Origin: a virus
Direction: 5' to 3' (one strand)
Length of the DNA: 64,000 nt
Virus record (IMG/VR): IMGVR_UViG_3300007722_000005
Location: 1-64,000 of that record
The position numbers were made by a program, and so were the translations under genes. Shown here piece after piece: positions 9,638-19,612 of the stretch. Position 1 is the first letter of the stretch; every line of letters begins with the position of its first letter. The notes under the pieces were generated by a model. The model did no database searches, had not been told where the DNA came from, and saw only the letters and a program-made list of their open reading frames with translations.

Positions 9638-10636
9638 TCATACGCCCCCAAGCAAATACGTAATAATATCGAAATGATCCTCAAATATTTCTTCAGGATT
9701 CAGATCCGCAATTGGAATCCACATCGCTTTTGCCGCATCATCACCTCCTTTGACTGGTGGCAATTTCCCGTCGGGCAACCGAATCAAAAACGCGTGGGTG
9801 ATCGTTCTACCACGGAGGCTCCGCGTTGGGTGATCAAACACGTACCTATTGACAATACTTCCCTTGAGAACTGGTGCTGGCACCTTGAGACGCGTTTCCT
9901 CACGAAGCTCGCGCAGCATTCCATCTTCAATTCGTTCGGCTTGGTTAACGAATCCACCAGGAAGTGCAAGCAGACCCTCACCAGGTGCAGCACCTCTCAC
10001 AACCATCAAGACGTGACCTGACTGAACTACTACAGCATCAGAGGTTACGAACGTTGGTGCATACGGAGCAGCAAGCCAGGATTTTTTGTACTTCTTGATG
10101 TGCTCGTATTCCCGCGCCAGCTTCAGGTAATCTTCGCCTGCACGGAAGAGACTCAACGCAGCGTTTGTGGTATTCGGTAGTGCACCAGAGTAGAGTTTTG
10201 GGCTGGCACCGGAGAAGTAGAGATCACGTACGCTGGTAGCACTAACGCTATCATCCATCTTGTGATCAATGCGACTCCACTGGGGAAACATTCGCAGATA
10301 GAATGAAGTCTCGTCTTTCTCATGTCCAATCAGCTCAATAATATCGAGTTCGCTGGTATTTTGATTGACAATCTTCTGGACGCCCGCTGCCCATTGTTGA
10401 TCGTTGTAACTGATATCACGCAGAGGTTCAATTACTAGCTTGTCGCCATAAGGATAACAGGCGAGGATCATATTCTTTCTCTCCTGGAACGTCCAGGGAT
10501 TTTTGATGCTCCGCGGCTGATTAGCACTGCCGATGATTATGATGATTTTGTTTGCACCTATCATCGCACTATCAATCAGACGCTTATGCTCTGAGTGGAA
10601 AGGTTGAAATCTACCAATTAAAACTTTGACGCGCAT
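9638..10636 (-). CDS. Bifunctional NMN adenylyltransferase / Nudix hydrolase (NadM-Nudix, NatV-like)
   Basis: GRFQPFHSEH, NPWTF, SAT, Nudix box GG...RELREET, SLRGRTIT. Confidence 0.9.
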   Translation of the reverse strand: MRVKVLIGRFQPFHSEHKRLIDSAMIGANKIIIIIGSANQPRSIKNPWTFQERKNMILACYPYGDKLVIEPLRDISYNDQQWAAGVQKIVNQNTSELDIIELIGHEKDETSFYLRMFPQWSRIDHKMDDSVSATSVRDLYFSGASPKLYSGALPNTTNAALSLFRAGEDYLKLAREYEHIKKYKKSWLAAPYAPTFVTSDAVVVQSGHVLMVVRGAAPGEGLLALPGGFVNQAERIEDGMLRELREETRLKVPAPVLKGSIVNRYVFDHPTRSLRGRTITHAFLIRLPDGKLPPVKGGDDAAKAMWIPIADLNPEEIFEDHFDIITYLLGGV

Positions 10637-10882
10637 AGAATCTCCTTCTCTGCTGTTATGAAGATTAGTCTATCTAGTCTTCTGTTATGAATATTACAAC
10701 TGTTGCAATCAGAAAAATCCAGAGCCCTAATGAAGCAGCTACTTCTGTATTTCCCCTCTCAATAAAACCGCCAACAGCTACTGAGAGAACTATAAGTGCT
10801 ATCAGAAAGACGCTGTTAATCAATTTGTTCATGTTTATACTTCTAGTGAAATGTGCTAGGCCTATTCATTATAATATAACTA

Positions 10883-11797
10883 TCACTTAAAGTCAAGCAT
10901 TCTTTCTACGGGAACACGGGCTTTTTCAATCACCTCATCAGTCAGGTAATCAATCCGATCACCTATTCCTCTGATAGCAGCTTGCGCCGATTCCAGTGTG
11001 TTCATCTTCATGAACGGACAGGAATTACACTGACATCCTTTGTACGTGGGAGCCTGTCTGATATCCAGATCAGGTCGAGCTTCTCTCATATTGAAGAGCA
11101 AGCCGTCTTCGGTAGCAACGTAGATGATTGCATCGGTATCTGTATTCTTCACCCAGTTCAGCATCTTGTGTGTTGAACCAACTACATCAGCCTGTTTCAG
11201 AACGGAGAGAGGAGATTCAGGATGTGAAAGAAGAATCTTCTTCCTTCCAGGATCCTGCATGAAGGCGATAGCCAGCTCTTCAAGATTGAATTGATCATGT
11301 ACGTCACATACTGCAGACCAAAGAGGTATCTTCCAGTTGTTCGTGTAGTTGAGGTATGCACCCATGTTACGATCGGGAGAGAAGATCACACTCTGACCTT
11401 TATCGTAGATGTGCTTGATGACCTCTTCAACGTTCCTCGAGGTGACAATCCAGTCACTCAGAGCTTTGTGCTCTGCAGATGTGTTGATGTACGCTACGTG
11501 TTGAATATCAGGGTTGCGCGCTCTGTGCATGTAGACCCACGAGCGCAATCCAGTAGTACCTTCGATCTCTGTTTGCTCAACGAGCGAACAAGATGCTGCT
11601 AGAGTCGGAATGATTACTTCGGAATTGGGGTTAAGTATCTTCGCGGTTTCAGCCATGAAGCGAACACCGAGGAAGATAATTTGATCTGCTTTCGCTTCTT
11701 TAGCAGCAAGCGCGAGATCAAGCGAGTCACCGACGTGATCGGCGAGTTTCTGTACTTCTGGAACTGTGTAGTAATGTGCAAGTATGATTTTGCGCAT
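10883..11797 (-). CDS. nadA: Quinolinate synthase
   Basis: ILAHYY, GDSL, GVRFMAET, CSL, YINT, CDVH, HPES, CPFMKMNT. Confidence 0.9.
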   Translation of the reverse strand: MRKIILAHYYTVPEVQKLADHVGDSLDLALAAKEAKADQIIFLGVRFMAETAKILNPNSEVIIPTLAASCSLVEQTEIEGTTGLRSWVYMHRARNPDIQHVAYINTSAEHKALSDWIVTSRNVEEVIKHIYDKGQSVIFSPDRNMGAYLNYTNNWKIPLWSAVCDVHDQFNLEELAIAFMQDPGRKKILLSHPESPLSVLKQADVVGSTHKMLNWVKNTDTDAIIYVATEDGLLFNMREARPDLDIRQAPTYKGCQCNSCPFMKMNTLESAQAAIRGIGDRIDYLTDEVIEKARVPVERMLDFK

Positions 11798-11932
11798 AGG
11801 AAATCCTCCCATGGTTGATAGCTTCCATCTATTTGGTCGCTATATGTACTTATAATAAAGTGGATCGCTTCTTTCGTTTGACCTCGTGTGGTTTTGATGT
11901 ACAGCTGTTAAAATCCTCTGTAATATCGCTAA

Positions 11933-12649
11933 CTAATCCCACAACGCTTCGAAATATTTTCCAAAAAGCTTAAACCCGTTTGTTATGCGTTCTTGGTATG
12001 CTTCGCGTCCTTCCCAATCAAAGACTTTGGTATCGTTAGGGCCTTTGATCATTTTAAACATACCATCCTCAAGATGCAGAAATTGGGTGTCGCTTATACC
12101 GGAAGCAAACTGATCTTCCCAGCTATCATCGCACTTGCTTTCAAACGCGAAGATCATCTCGTCCAGAACCCAATCCCAACGCTCAAAGTGTTTGTCGTCT
12201 ACCTCACCTCGAGCCTTCTGTTCGTCGGTAAGATCTTCGCCGCGTAGATTTTCTGGCACGTCTGACAATTCAACAAACGGAGCCCCGTGTTTAGTTTCTT
12301 TTAGTTGTTTAAGCATGGGGAGAATAATAGGTGCAAGTGTAGAATCCATACCCCACGTGTCCCAACGATCAATGTGTACTTTGATTGTGCGGTTTCGTTT
12401 GCTTTCGATCCAGCTCAAGAAACGACTAAGCCAGGTGTCGGCGCGGTCACCATTCAAACCACGGACATCACCAACTTTAGTGTCTGGTTGTACACTACCG
12501 TAGGTGAGCCATTCACCAAACTGGTGAACCCAATAAGGTTTTGATTTGATCCCGTGCTCGTCTTTCACATCCTTTACCCAAAAGCAAAGGATTTCGGCCA
12601 ATTGATACGGCCCAATATAATTTTTATACGGTCCTATTTTAACTCTCAT
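11933..12649 (-). CDS. Conserved phage hypothetical protein
   Basis: DTWGMD...HGAP...WDWVLDEMIFAF...LFGKYFEALWD. Confidence 0.7.
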   Translation of the reverse strand: MRVKIGPYKNYIGPYQLAEILCFWVKDVKDEHGIKSKPYWVHQFGEWLTYGSVQPDTKVGDVRGLNGDRADTWLSRFLSWIESKRNRTIKVHIDRWDTWGMDSTLAPIILPMLKQLKETKHGAPFVELSDVPENLRGEDLTDEQKARGEVDDKHFERWDWVLDEMIFAFESKCDDSWEDQFASGISDTQFLHLEDGMFKMIKGPNDTKVFDWEGREAYQERITNGFKLFGKYFEALWD

Positions 12650-12793
12650 TTGGGGAATACTCCTTAGTCATAGATCAAGTTCCACAATCCAAACCTCTAT
12701 GCTACAGCAAAAGTTAAAAAAGGTCAACACATAAATACCCCGTGTGAGAGCGATGTTGTGCTCCGCGTTTTATCATTTCAACGTGGAGAAAAC

Positions 12794-13057
12794 ATGGAAT
12801 ATTTTAAGATTTTGGCGGAATTAGGGTTCCCTATTGCCGCCGCTGCCGCAAGTGGGTATTTCGTCTTCCTTACCCTCAAATTTATTTTGGCTGGTGTCCT
12901 TTCATCTATTAGATCAATGTCACTAATGATCATTGCTCTTGGGCAACGTGTCGAAAAAATGAATGACGAGCTGATACGAATTGATACCAGCACCTCCGAA
13001 GTGCTAGATATACCACCCGACACAAGTAGAATTTCCCGCAAACAGGAGAACACATAA
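12794..13057 (+). CDS. Small membrane protein (paralog A)
   Basis: GFPIAAA transmembrane motif; late-like promoter CATAAATA at 12730. Confidence 0.65.
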   Translation: MEYFKILAELGFPIAAAAASGYFVFLTLKFILAGVLSSIRSMSLMIIALGQRVEKMNDELIRIDTSTSEVLDIPPDTSRISRKQENT

Positions 13058-13138
13058 TAAAATGCGAACGACAACTTTTATTATTAGTGCAGTCGTTTTA
13101 GGGTTGGTAATCGGCTATATTTTAGAAAGGATAGTTTT

Positions 13139-13378
13139 GTGGATACTATAATAATTTTAATCAACAAATATGGCTTTCCAATCGCTGCTGCTGGCGGAAT
13201 GGGGTATTTGATTTACTACGTGTGGTTGTGGGCCACCACAGAAGTAAAACCTGTTCTCTCTGAAGCAACGAAGAACCTGGTCGGACTAATTGACCAGGTT
13301 CGTGTTCTTGATGGGGATTTGATTAGACTCCAGCAAAAAGTCAGTGTCTATATCGCGCTGCGGCATAAATTTAAGTAA
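13139..13378 (+). CDS. Small membrane protein (paralog B)
   Basis: YGFPIAAA...DLIRL, similar to paralog A. Confidence 0.65.
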   Translation: MDTIIILINKYGFPIAAAGGMGYLIYYVWLWATTEVKPVLSEATKNLVGLIDQVRVLDGDLIRLQQKVSVYIALRHKFK

Positions 13379-13558
13379 TTACTCCTCGTCGTCGTCGTCG
13401 TCATCACTCTCAAGTAAATCTTCGCCACAGAACGGGCAAAATTGCACGCCCATATCGTAATCATCCGCTATCTTGTTGACTGCAAATTCCGTGTCACAGT
13501 TGAAGCATACGTGAACATCTGGTTCGTCGGCGCTGTGCGGAAATAATGATGGTTGCAT
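13379..13558 (-). CDS. Small zinc-ribbon protein with acidic tail (59 aa, below ORF-track cutoff)
   Basis: CFNC...CPFC...DDDDDEE directly after nrdB. Confidence 0.65.
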   Translation of the reverse strand: MQPSLFPHSADEPDVHVCFNCDTEFAVNKIADDYDMGVQFCPFCGEDLLESDDDDDDEE

Positions 13559-13560
13559 AG

Positions 13561-14553
13561 TTAGTCTTTTTTATCTGATATCCATACTTGATTCCAATCA
13601 CCACTCAGCGACCCTTTTGCGTAATCAGTAGAACGATTCTCAAAAAAGTTTGTGTGTGTTGGCGCGTTAATAATTCCTTCTACCCAAAGAAGCGGATTCT
13701 TCTTAACCTTAAAGATGCCTTTGAGGCCAAGTGAAATCAATCTCCGATCTGTTATATATCTGATGTAGCTTTTGACCTCGTCACTCGTTAACCCCTCCAA
13801 CGCACCGAGCCTAAAACATAGATCGATAAACTTATCTTCGAGATCTACCATCTTCTCAGCTATCGCGTATATTGCAGACTTCAATTCATCGTTCCATATG
13901 TCACGATTCTCTTCAACGAATGTTCGGAATAGTTTGATCATTGCCTCTGCGTGCATTGTTTCATCAACAATAGACCATGTTATGATCTGCCCCATCCCCT
14001 TCATCTTTCCGTGCCTCGGAAAATTCAGCAACATAATAAAACTAGAGAATAGCTGCATCCCTTCTGTAAAAGCAGAAAACGCTGCTATCTGTTGCGCAAT
14101 TTTGTTTGGGCCCAGCCCCGATAACGACATGAAATAGTCGTGCTTCTCCCTCATCTCTGTATATTCAAGGAATTCGTTGTATGTAGAGTCCGGCATTCCA
14201 AGCGTCTCAATCAAGTGGCTATACGCTGCGATATGCATCGCTTCACGAGCCGCAAATCCACACAGCATCATCCGCACTTCTGGTTGCGGGAAATATGGAA
14301 GGTAGTTGTCAACATATCCACCAGCAACGTCAAGATCACTCTGTGTGAAGAAACGGAAGATGTTTGTCAAGAATGTTTTCTCTTCTTTGGACAGCTTCTT
14401 CTTCCAGTCCTTGACGTCTTCCATCATTGGCACTTCACCGAACAACCAATGCGATTGTTCGTGTCTTAGCCACGCATCGTATGCCCAAGGATAAGCAAAA
14501 GGTTTGAATGTTTGGCGTTTGTCAGTAAGTTTAATTTTAGGTTTTGGTGACAT
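13561..14553 (-). CDS. nrdB: Ribonucleotide reductase class Ia beta subunit
   Basis: FFTQSD, EAMHIAAY, EGMQLFSSF, DETMH, NFFE. Confidence 0.95.
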   Translation of the reverse strand: MSPKPKIKLTDKRQTFKPFAYPWAYDAWLRHEQSHWLFGEVPMMEDVKDWKKKLSKEEKTFLTNIFRFFTQSDLDVAGGYVDNYLPYFPQPEVRMMLCGFAAREAMHIAAYSHLIETLGMPDSTYNEFLEYTEMREKHDYFMSLSGLGPNKIAQQIAAFSAFTEGMQLFSSFIMLLNFPRHGKMKGMGQIITWSIVDETMHAEAMIKLFRTFVEENRDIWNDELKSAIYAIAEKMVDLEDKFIDLCFRLGALEGLTSDEVKSYIRYITDRRLISLGLKGIFKVKKNPLLWVEGIINAPTHTNFFENRSTDYAKGSLSGDWNQVWISDKKD

Positions 14554-15249
14554 TTATTTCCCGTATGTGTAAACAATATAATCTTCGACGTACGGGTATG
14601 CAGGAACGTTAGCTTCAAGCAGCTTATAACCAACCATATCTTGCATTGGTGCCTTACCCTGTAGATCAGATGCCCATACTAATCTAAGATCAGTTATATT
14701 TCGGTGACCAAACTTTTTAAAATCTTGGCTACCACGTAGATGTATTTCAATTGGGTTCTCCCCAATATACTCAATATTAAACACACCACCGAAATCCTCG
14801 AGGTGGGGTATCAGTTTTGGCGGTAAGCTAGTACCGTAAACAAAACTATCTGAAGGTTTCTTCAACCATCTTGTAAATTTCCGAGTCGATCCCTCAGCTT
14901 TAACTCCCATCACAACCTCACTCCATAAGCAAGAAGGTTTACGAGTATACCAATTGACTTGGTAGTCAACGCTTACGTGTGGTCCTTCAAAACATTCGCA
15001 CCAAAATGTTCCAGGATGTAGATTGTCAGAGCCGGCACAAAAAAACGAAATATATGAATCTTTACTCATTCCATCAAGGTTATATATTGGTCTGATGACA
15101 TACATTCCATTAGCAGGAATTGGTAGTCCTGCTGGTCCACAATTATACCCCATTGTTTCAGCTAGCCACAACTTATTGAATATCGTGTGGTGATATTGTG
15201 GAAACGCTATCCACGCTTCTGCATCATCTTTTATCATAATTCCCTTCAT
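14554..15249 (-). CDS. Hypothetical protein (possible ATP-grasp-like)
   Basis: RPIYNLDGMS, HVSVDY, NIEYIG..IEIHLR. Confidence 0.55.
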   Translation of the reverse strand: MKGIMIKDDAEAWIAFPQYHHTIFNKLWLAETMGYNCGPAGLPIPANGMYVIRPIYNLDGMSKDSYISFFCAGSDNLHPGTFWCECFEGPHVSVDYQVNWYTRKPSCLWSEVVMGVKAEGSTRKFTRWLKKPSDSFVYGTSLPPKLIPHLEDFGGVFNIEYIGENPIEIHLRGSQDFKKFGHRNITDLRLVWASDLQGKAPMQDMVGYKLLEANVPAYPYVEDYIVYTYGK

Positions 15250-17039
15250 TCACAAGCTAAGCAAGTGTCTCCTTCTGCAATAGCTTTCATATCAATCTCT
15301 TGAATAACTTGCCGCTCGATTTTCTTCGACACTTTATCCGCCTTCATCAACTTCTCTGACCTGCAGTAGTACAACGTTTTTAATCCCTGTTTCCATGCCA
15401 TGAAGTGAACAGCGTGGAGGTAAACAATATTCACATCGGGCCGAAAAAAGAGGTTGAGGGATTGCGACTGATCAATGTAATTTTGTCGGTCAGCTGCATG
15501 CTCCACAATCCATCGTTGGTCAATCTCCATACCAGTCTTGTATACGTCCTTCTGCCAATCATCGAGGAAGTCAATATGTTGTACTGAACCGTCGTTTGCG
15601 ATAATAGAGGACCACACTGTATCGTACTCGAGTTTGGGATCATTTTTACACTTCTCCTTGATGATTGCATCGAGAAACCGATTGCGGGTTACATGAGAGC
15701 CAGAGAGAGTGTCTTGTCGATATACGTTTGCTCTGTATGGTTCAATTGAAGGTGATGTGTTACCCATTATAATTGAAGAGCTCGCGTTTGGTGCTACCGC
15801 CATTAGATGGCTAAATCTTAATCCTGTACCTTTTGCGTCTGGTGCTTCTCCTCGTTCTGATCCGAGTTGTTTGTTAGCTTCATTGAGGTGCTTACGGATG
15901 TGTTTGAACATCCGAATGTTTGCAGCTTTGGCGAGTGCACCTTCGAACGGAATATTGTTTTTCTGAAGGTACGCATGGTATCCCAAAGCGCCCACACCAA
16001 TTGAGCGCTCATTCTTAGCAGAGAAAACAGCACGTCGAATAGTAGAAGGAGCACTATTAATAAAAGTGCTAAGGGTATTATCAAGCATTTCAGCAACATC
16101 TCTAAGAAAAAGTTTGTCACGTTTCCAGTCATCGTAGTACTCCAGGTTCACAGAGCTCAAACAACAAACAGCTGTCCGGTCTTTGTCGGTTGGCAGGGTT
16201 ATCTCTGAACATAGATTGCTTTGACGTATACGAAGTCCGAGATCTTTTTGAAATTGTGGTAGCGCCTTGTTGCTGGTGTCAATGAAATGAATATACGGTT
16301 CACCTGTGTGCATTCTTGCTTCTAGTATTTTCTGCCACAACTCTTTTGCAGAAACCTTCTCAGCAATAACACCATTAGCAGGGTCTTTTAATTCCCACGT
16401 GTCGTCGAAGTCTGGATCAACCATACACTTCTCAATAATATTCATGAAATCGTCAGAAATATTAACACCGTGGTGGAGATTAAGCGCGCGCATGTTCTGA
16501 TCACCCGTCGGCTTGCGCATCTCAATAAACATTTCAATATCAGGGTGATTGATATCAAGGTAAACAGCATAGCTACCGCGACGTGTTCTGCCCTGCCTAT
16601 AGGCAAGACAGCTAGCGTCATATGTTTTAAGGTGTGCCATTACTCCGGTTGATTTGTCGTCCGCCGACCGAATACCAACCCCAATCCCGATACCGCCGCC
16701 CAACATCGACAACCAATTAACTTCTGCTAACGTGTCAACAAGACCAACAGAAGAATCGGGGAGGTAAGGAAGGAAGCACGAAATGGGAAGACCGCGCGCC
16801 GATTTACCATATGAGAGGATTGGGGTTGAGTACGATAACCAGTGCTTCGAAGCATATTCGTATAATCTCTGCGCGTGTTCGGGGTTTGATGAAAAGTTTT
16901 TTGACACGTACGCAAATCTTTCTTGAGGGGAAATTTCTTCGTCTGTCATATAAGATTCTTTGAGGCGTTTAATTCCAAGAACATCAAAAAGGTTATCGCG
17001 ATCATAATCTACAGTAATACCATGCACCAAATTTTCCAT
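15246..17039 (-). CDS. nrdA: Ribonucleotide reductase class Ia alpha subunit (short form)
   Basis: PISCF, SNLCSEI, APNASSS, TLYY, C-terminal CLACE. Confidence 0.95.
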   Translation of the reverse strand: MENLVHGITVDYDRDNLFDVLGIKRLKESYMTDEEISPQERFAYVSKNFSSNPEHAQRLYEYASKHWLSYSTPILSYGKSARGLPISCFLPYLPDSSVGLVDTLAEVNWLSMLGGGIGIGVGIRSADDKSTGVMAHLKTYDASCLAYRQGRTRRGSYAVYLDINHPDIEMFIEMRKPTGDQNMRALNLHHGVNISDDFMNIIEKCMVDPDFDDTWELKDPANGVIAEKVSAKELWQKILEARMHTGEPYIHFIDTSNKALPQFQKDLGLRIRQSNLCSEITLPTDKDRTAVCCLSSVNLEYYDDWKRDKLFLRDVAEMLDNTLSTFINSAPSTIRRAVFSAKNERSIGVGALGYHAYLQKNNIPFEGALAKAANIRMFKHIRKHLNEANKQLGSERGEAPDAKGTGLRFSHLMAVAPNASSSIIMGNTSPSIEPYRANVYRQDTLSGSHVTRNRFLDAIIKEKCKNDPKLEYDTVWSSIIANDGSVQHIDFLDDWQKDVYKTGMEIDQRWIVEHAADRQNYIDQSQSLNLFFRPDVNIVYLHAVHFMAWKQGLKTLYYCRSEKLMKADKVSKKIERQVIQEIDMKAIAEGDTCLACE

Positions 17040-17061
17040 TTCTACTCCACTGTTATTGTTA

Positions 17062-18093
17062 TTAGGTTTTCTTCCACTGATTGAAAGCCATCAACGCTCC
17101 CATTCCTCTAAACGTGTTTTGATCTATTACCTCTTTGATCGCTTTAGGTGAAATGCCAGCCTCGACCATTTGATTGACATCTTTGTGTTTTACCTTACTT
17201 GGCCACACACATACATTATACCCTTTTTCTATCATAGTCAACGTACGTTTGAGCATCTCTTCATTACGTGGTTCATTATCGTAAATAATTACTGCGTTGT
17301 TCTTTTCGACATTCAACTGGTTGAGAGCAGATATACAATCCGCCCCACACATTGCTATTGAATTTGGAACAAACAATGAATCAAACGGCCCCTCGAACAC
17401 ATATGTATACTTAGCAATATTCGTGTGGTCAAGACCATATATTTTTGGTTTTGTTTCGTCGGCAATGATTGTTATATAGCGCTGCCCTTTTTTTGATAAA
17501 CTTCTTCCCTGTACTCCTATGAAGTTACCATATTGATCCAACAAAGGTATTATGATCCGTCCAGAATCCTTTTGTTTTAGATCAAACTTATCGGGTATGA
17601 ACGAGTTCACCCATTTCTTGAATGAGGGCGTGTAGAACAGTTTGAAATGGAACTGAGGCGGTATTAACCGTTCCTGAACGTATTTTTTGGCGGGATGATC
17701 AGGACGAAGTTGTGATATCTTTTGAAGATTTTTAAGAGGAGAGTTCCTGATAAATTTTGGCTTAGCTGGACTTGTGATATCCGGCTGTTTATTAGCTAAT
17801 ACTTCTTGATTTTGGCCGATATAACTTTCTTTAAACTTCTCTAAAGAATATTCGGCACTAATATTAGGGCTAACGTGCTTTATTAGCTTTGCTAGGGATG
17901 TTGAATCACCACAATTGTGGCATTTAAACACAGCATTACCCTTGTGGTCAAGGATATACCCACGAGCTTTGTGTTTATCTTTTTTTGAGTCACCACAAAA
18001 AGGACAGCGAAAATTATAGACGCCGTTTTTCTTTTTAAAGTGTGACAGGTAGCCTGAAACAAGGCCAATATACTTGTGATCGATGTAATCCAA
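17062..18093 (-). CDS. 61: DNA primase (T4 gp61)
   Basis: CPFCGDS...CHNC zinc finger, EGPFDS, DNE Toprim. Confidence 0.92.
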   Translation of the reverse strand: MDYIDHKYIGLVSGYLSHFKKKNGVYNFRCPFCGDSKKDKHKARGYILDHKGNAVFKCHNCGDSTSLAKLIKHVSPNISAEYSLEKFKESYIGQNQEVLANKQPDITSPAKPKFIRNSPLKNLQKISQLRPDHPAKKYVQERLIPPQFHFKLFYTPSFKKWVNSFIPDKFDLKQKDSGRIIIPLLDQYGNFIGVQGRSLSKKGQRYITIIADETKPKIYGLDHTNIAKYTYVFEGPFDSLFVPNSIAMCGADCISALNQLNVEKNNAVIIYDNEPRNEEMLKRTLTMIEKGYNVCVWPSKVKHKDVNQMVEAGISPKAIKEVIDQNTFRGMGALMAFNQWKKT

Positions 18094-18154
18094 TTACCAT
18101 TTCCTTTACCTCAACAAAACACATTATATAACAAACGTGGGTAAAGATCAACGA

Positions 18155-18418
18155 CTAAAATAGATTCTCAATACGGAGGTGAGCGAGGATATAACCAACA
18201 ACGACAGCACCACCAAAAATCATCCAGCGCCACCGTTCAAGCACAACAATTCGGGTCGATAACGTATCCATTTTAGCCATTAGGCAATTGTGCTGTTCCT
18301 TTTGTTCTTTACGAATCTCTTTGAGTTCGTCGATGGCGCTTCTGACTTCTGATTCCAAAACGGCTATCCTCGAATGTGTATCGTTGTACAGGGTCCTTCT
18401 CTCTCCGTGCTCTACCAT
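18155..18418 (-). CDS. Coiled-coil protein with C-terminal TM (lysis-associated?)
   Basis: Heptad pattern followed by hydrophobic tail; end of lysis cassette. Confidence 0.55.
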   Translation of the reverse strand: MVEHGERRTLYNDTHSRIAVLESEVRSAIDELKEIRKEQKEQHNCLMAKMDTLSTRIVVLERWRWMIFGGAVVVGYILAHLRIENLF

Positions 18419-18429
18419 GATTATACTCT

Positions 18430-18711
18430 CTAATTAGTTTGTGCAAGTTTTTCTTTTGTGCGACCAAAAGAAGTAATACCAACAATTGCTCCCATCGCAA
18501 TATGATAAAGGCCACCACTTTGTAGTGTAATTGGTGCCCACGGTACTAACGGCTGTTTAGTATATACTAACACCAAAGCCCATAAAACAGGAAACAGTAT
18601 AAAATCAAATACGCATGTAACCATATACACCCAACCCATTGTTGGGCGCCATTTGTTATCTATCCACGATTCAAGTTCGTGCGAACGTGGAGTGTCTTCA
18701 CTCGAGTTCAC
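18430..18711 (-). CDS. Putative holin (3TM holin-like)
   Basis: WRP.MGW...GRTKEK; adjacent to endolysin. Confidence 0.65.
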   Translation of the reverse strand: MNSSEDTPRSHELESWIDNKWRPTMGWVYMVTCVFDFILFPVLWALVLVYTKQPLVPWAPITLQSGGLYHIAMGAIVGITSFGRTKEKLAQTN

Positions 18712-19352
18712 TCCATCACACCAAACACTTGAAGAGCGTGGTTATAATGCTTAACCCGATCAGACAATCCGTTCGTCCCACCGTTGATTCTTTTTGTTAA
18801 TGTGATCATATCACCTCGATCAGCAAGAGCGTTTAAGTTGTTTGTGTCCCAATACCAACAAGCAGATTCAATCGCTCCTGGACGGGTTGTGAGGTATGTG
18901 ACGGCTTCATCAATTGTTAGTCCACATGACTCAGCAAACTTCGTGTAATTGTTCTTACCGGTCAATTGAATGAGACCGCGACCACGAAACTTATACCCCT
19001 CTTTCGTTTCTTCAGGACCGTTACCCATACGCCCACCATATACGCGACTTGCAATCTTTTCTGGATTCTTAGCGTACTGTTTGGCTTGATCAGGGTTAAA
19101 GTATCCTGGAAACACTCTTAACAGCGCATCAGCAGAATAGTAGAGGTTCTCTGAGAGAACTTTGAACCCCATACTTTCGTGAATACATTGCGCAATAAAT
19201 GCTGACACTCGGAACGGGGTTGTGATGTCGTATTTCGGTAACACTTCACACAACGCTTGATACCACTCAAGGTGGTCTGGGTTGTTTGGGATTAGCTCTC
19301 CAAGCTGGCTAGCTACCCACAAAAAATTAAAATTAGTTGTTTGCTCGCTCAT
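18708..19352 (-). CDS. GH19 chitinase-like endolysin
   Basis: FIAQCIHES, FRGRGLIQLTGKNNY, INGGTNGL. Confidence 0.9.
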   Translation of the reverse strand: MSEQTTNFNFLWVASQLGELIPNNPDHLEWYQALCEVLPKYDITTPFRVSAFIAQCIHESMGFKVLSENLYYSADALLRVFPGYFNPDQAKQYAKNPEKIASRVYGGRMGNGPEETKEGYKFRGRGLIQLTGKNNYTKFAESCGLTIDEAVTYLTTRPGAIESACWYWDTNNLNALADRGDMITLTKRINGGTNGLSDRVKHYNHALQVFGVME

Positions 19353-19612
19353 TTATTTGCCTTATTGAAGTTATCACGCTGTTGTTTGTGCCATTCAATC
19401 CATCCTTCAACTTGTGAGGCACACTTGTGATATTTCGAATAATTACCAGCAACGTTTTTTGCTACCTCACTCAACACCGTCGGCACCTCAATCTTATCGA
19501 GAGGCGGGCAGGGCGTCATCAGAGTTTTCGACGCGTCTGGAAACGTTTGTGATGCAGGAACTGTTACACATCCCGCAAGAAACATCACACTTAATAATAT
19601 TATTGTTCTCAT
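19349..19612 (-). CDS. o-spanin-like lipoprotein
   Basis: Lipobox LAGC, Pro/Cys-rich. Confidence 0.75.
   Translation of the reverse strand: MRTIILLSVMFLAGCVTVPASQTFPDASKTLMTPCPPLDKIEVPTVLSEVAKNVAGNYSKYHKCASQVEGWIEWHKQQRDNFNKANK

Noticed and set aside
13561-17039. Introns or inteins in nrdA/nrdB (also checked 43 and 41)
   Set aside because: ORFs are continuous and of normal or short length
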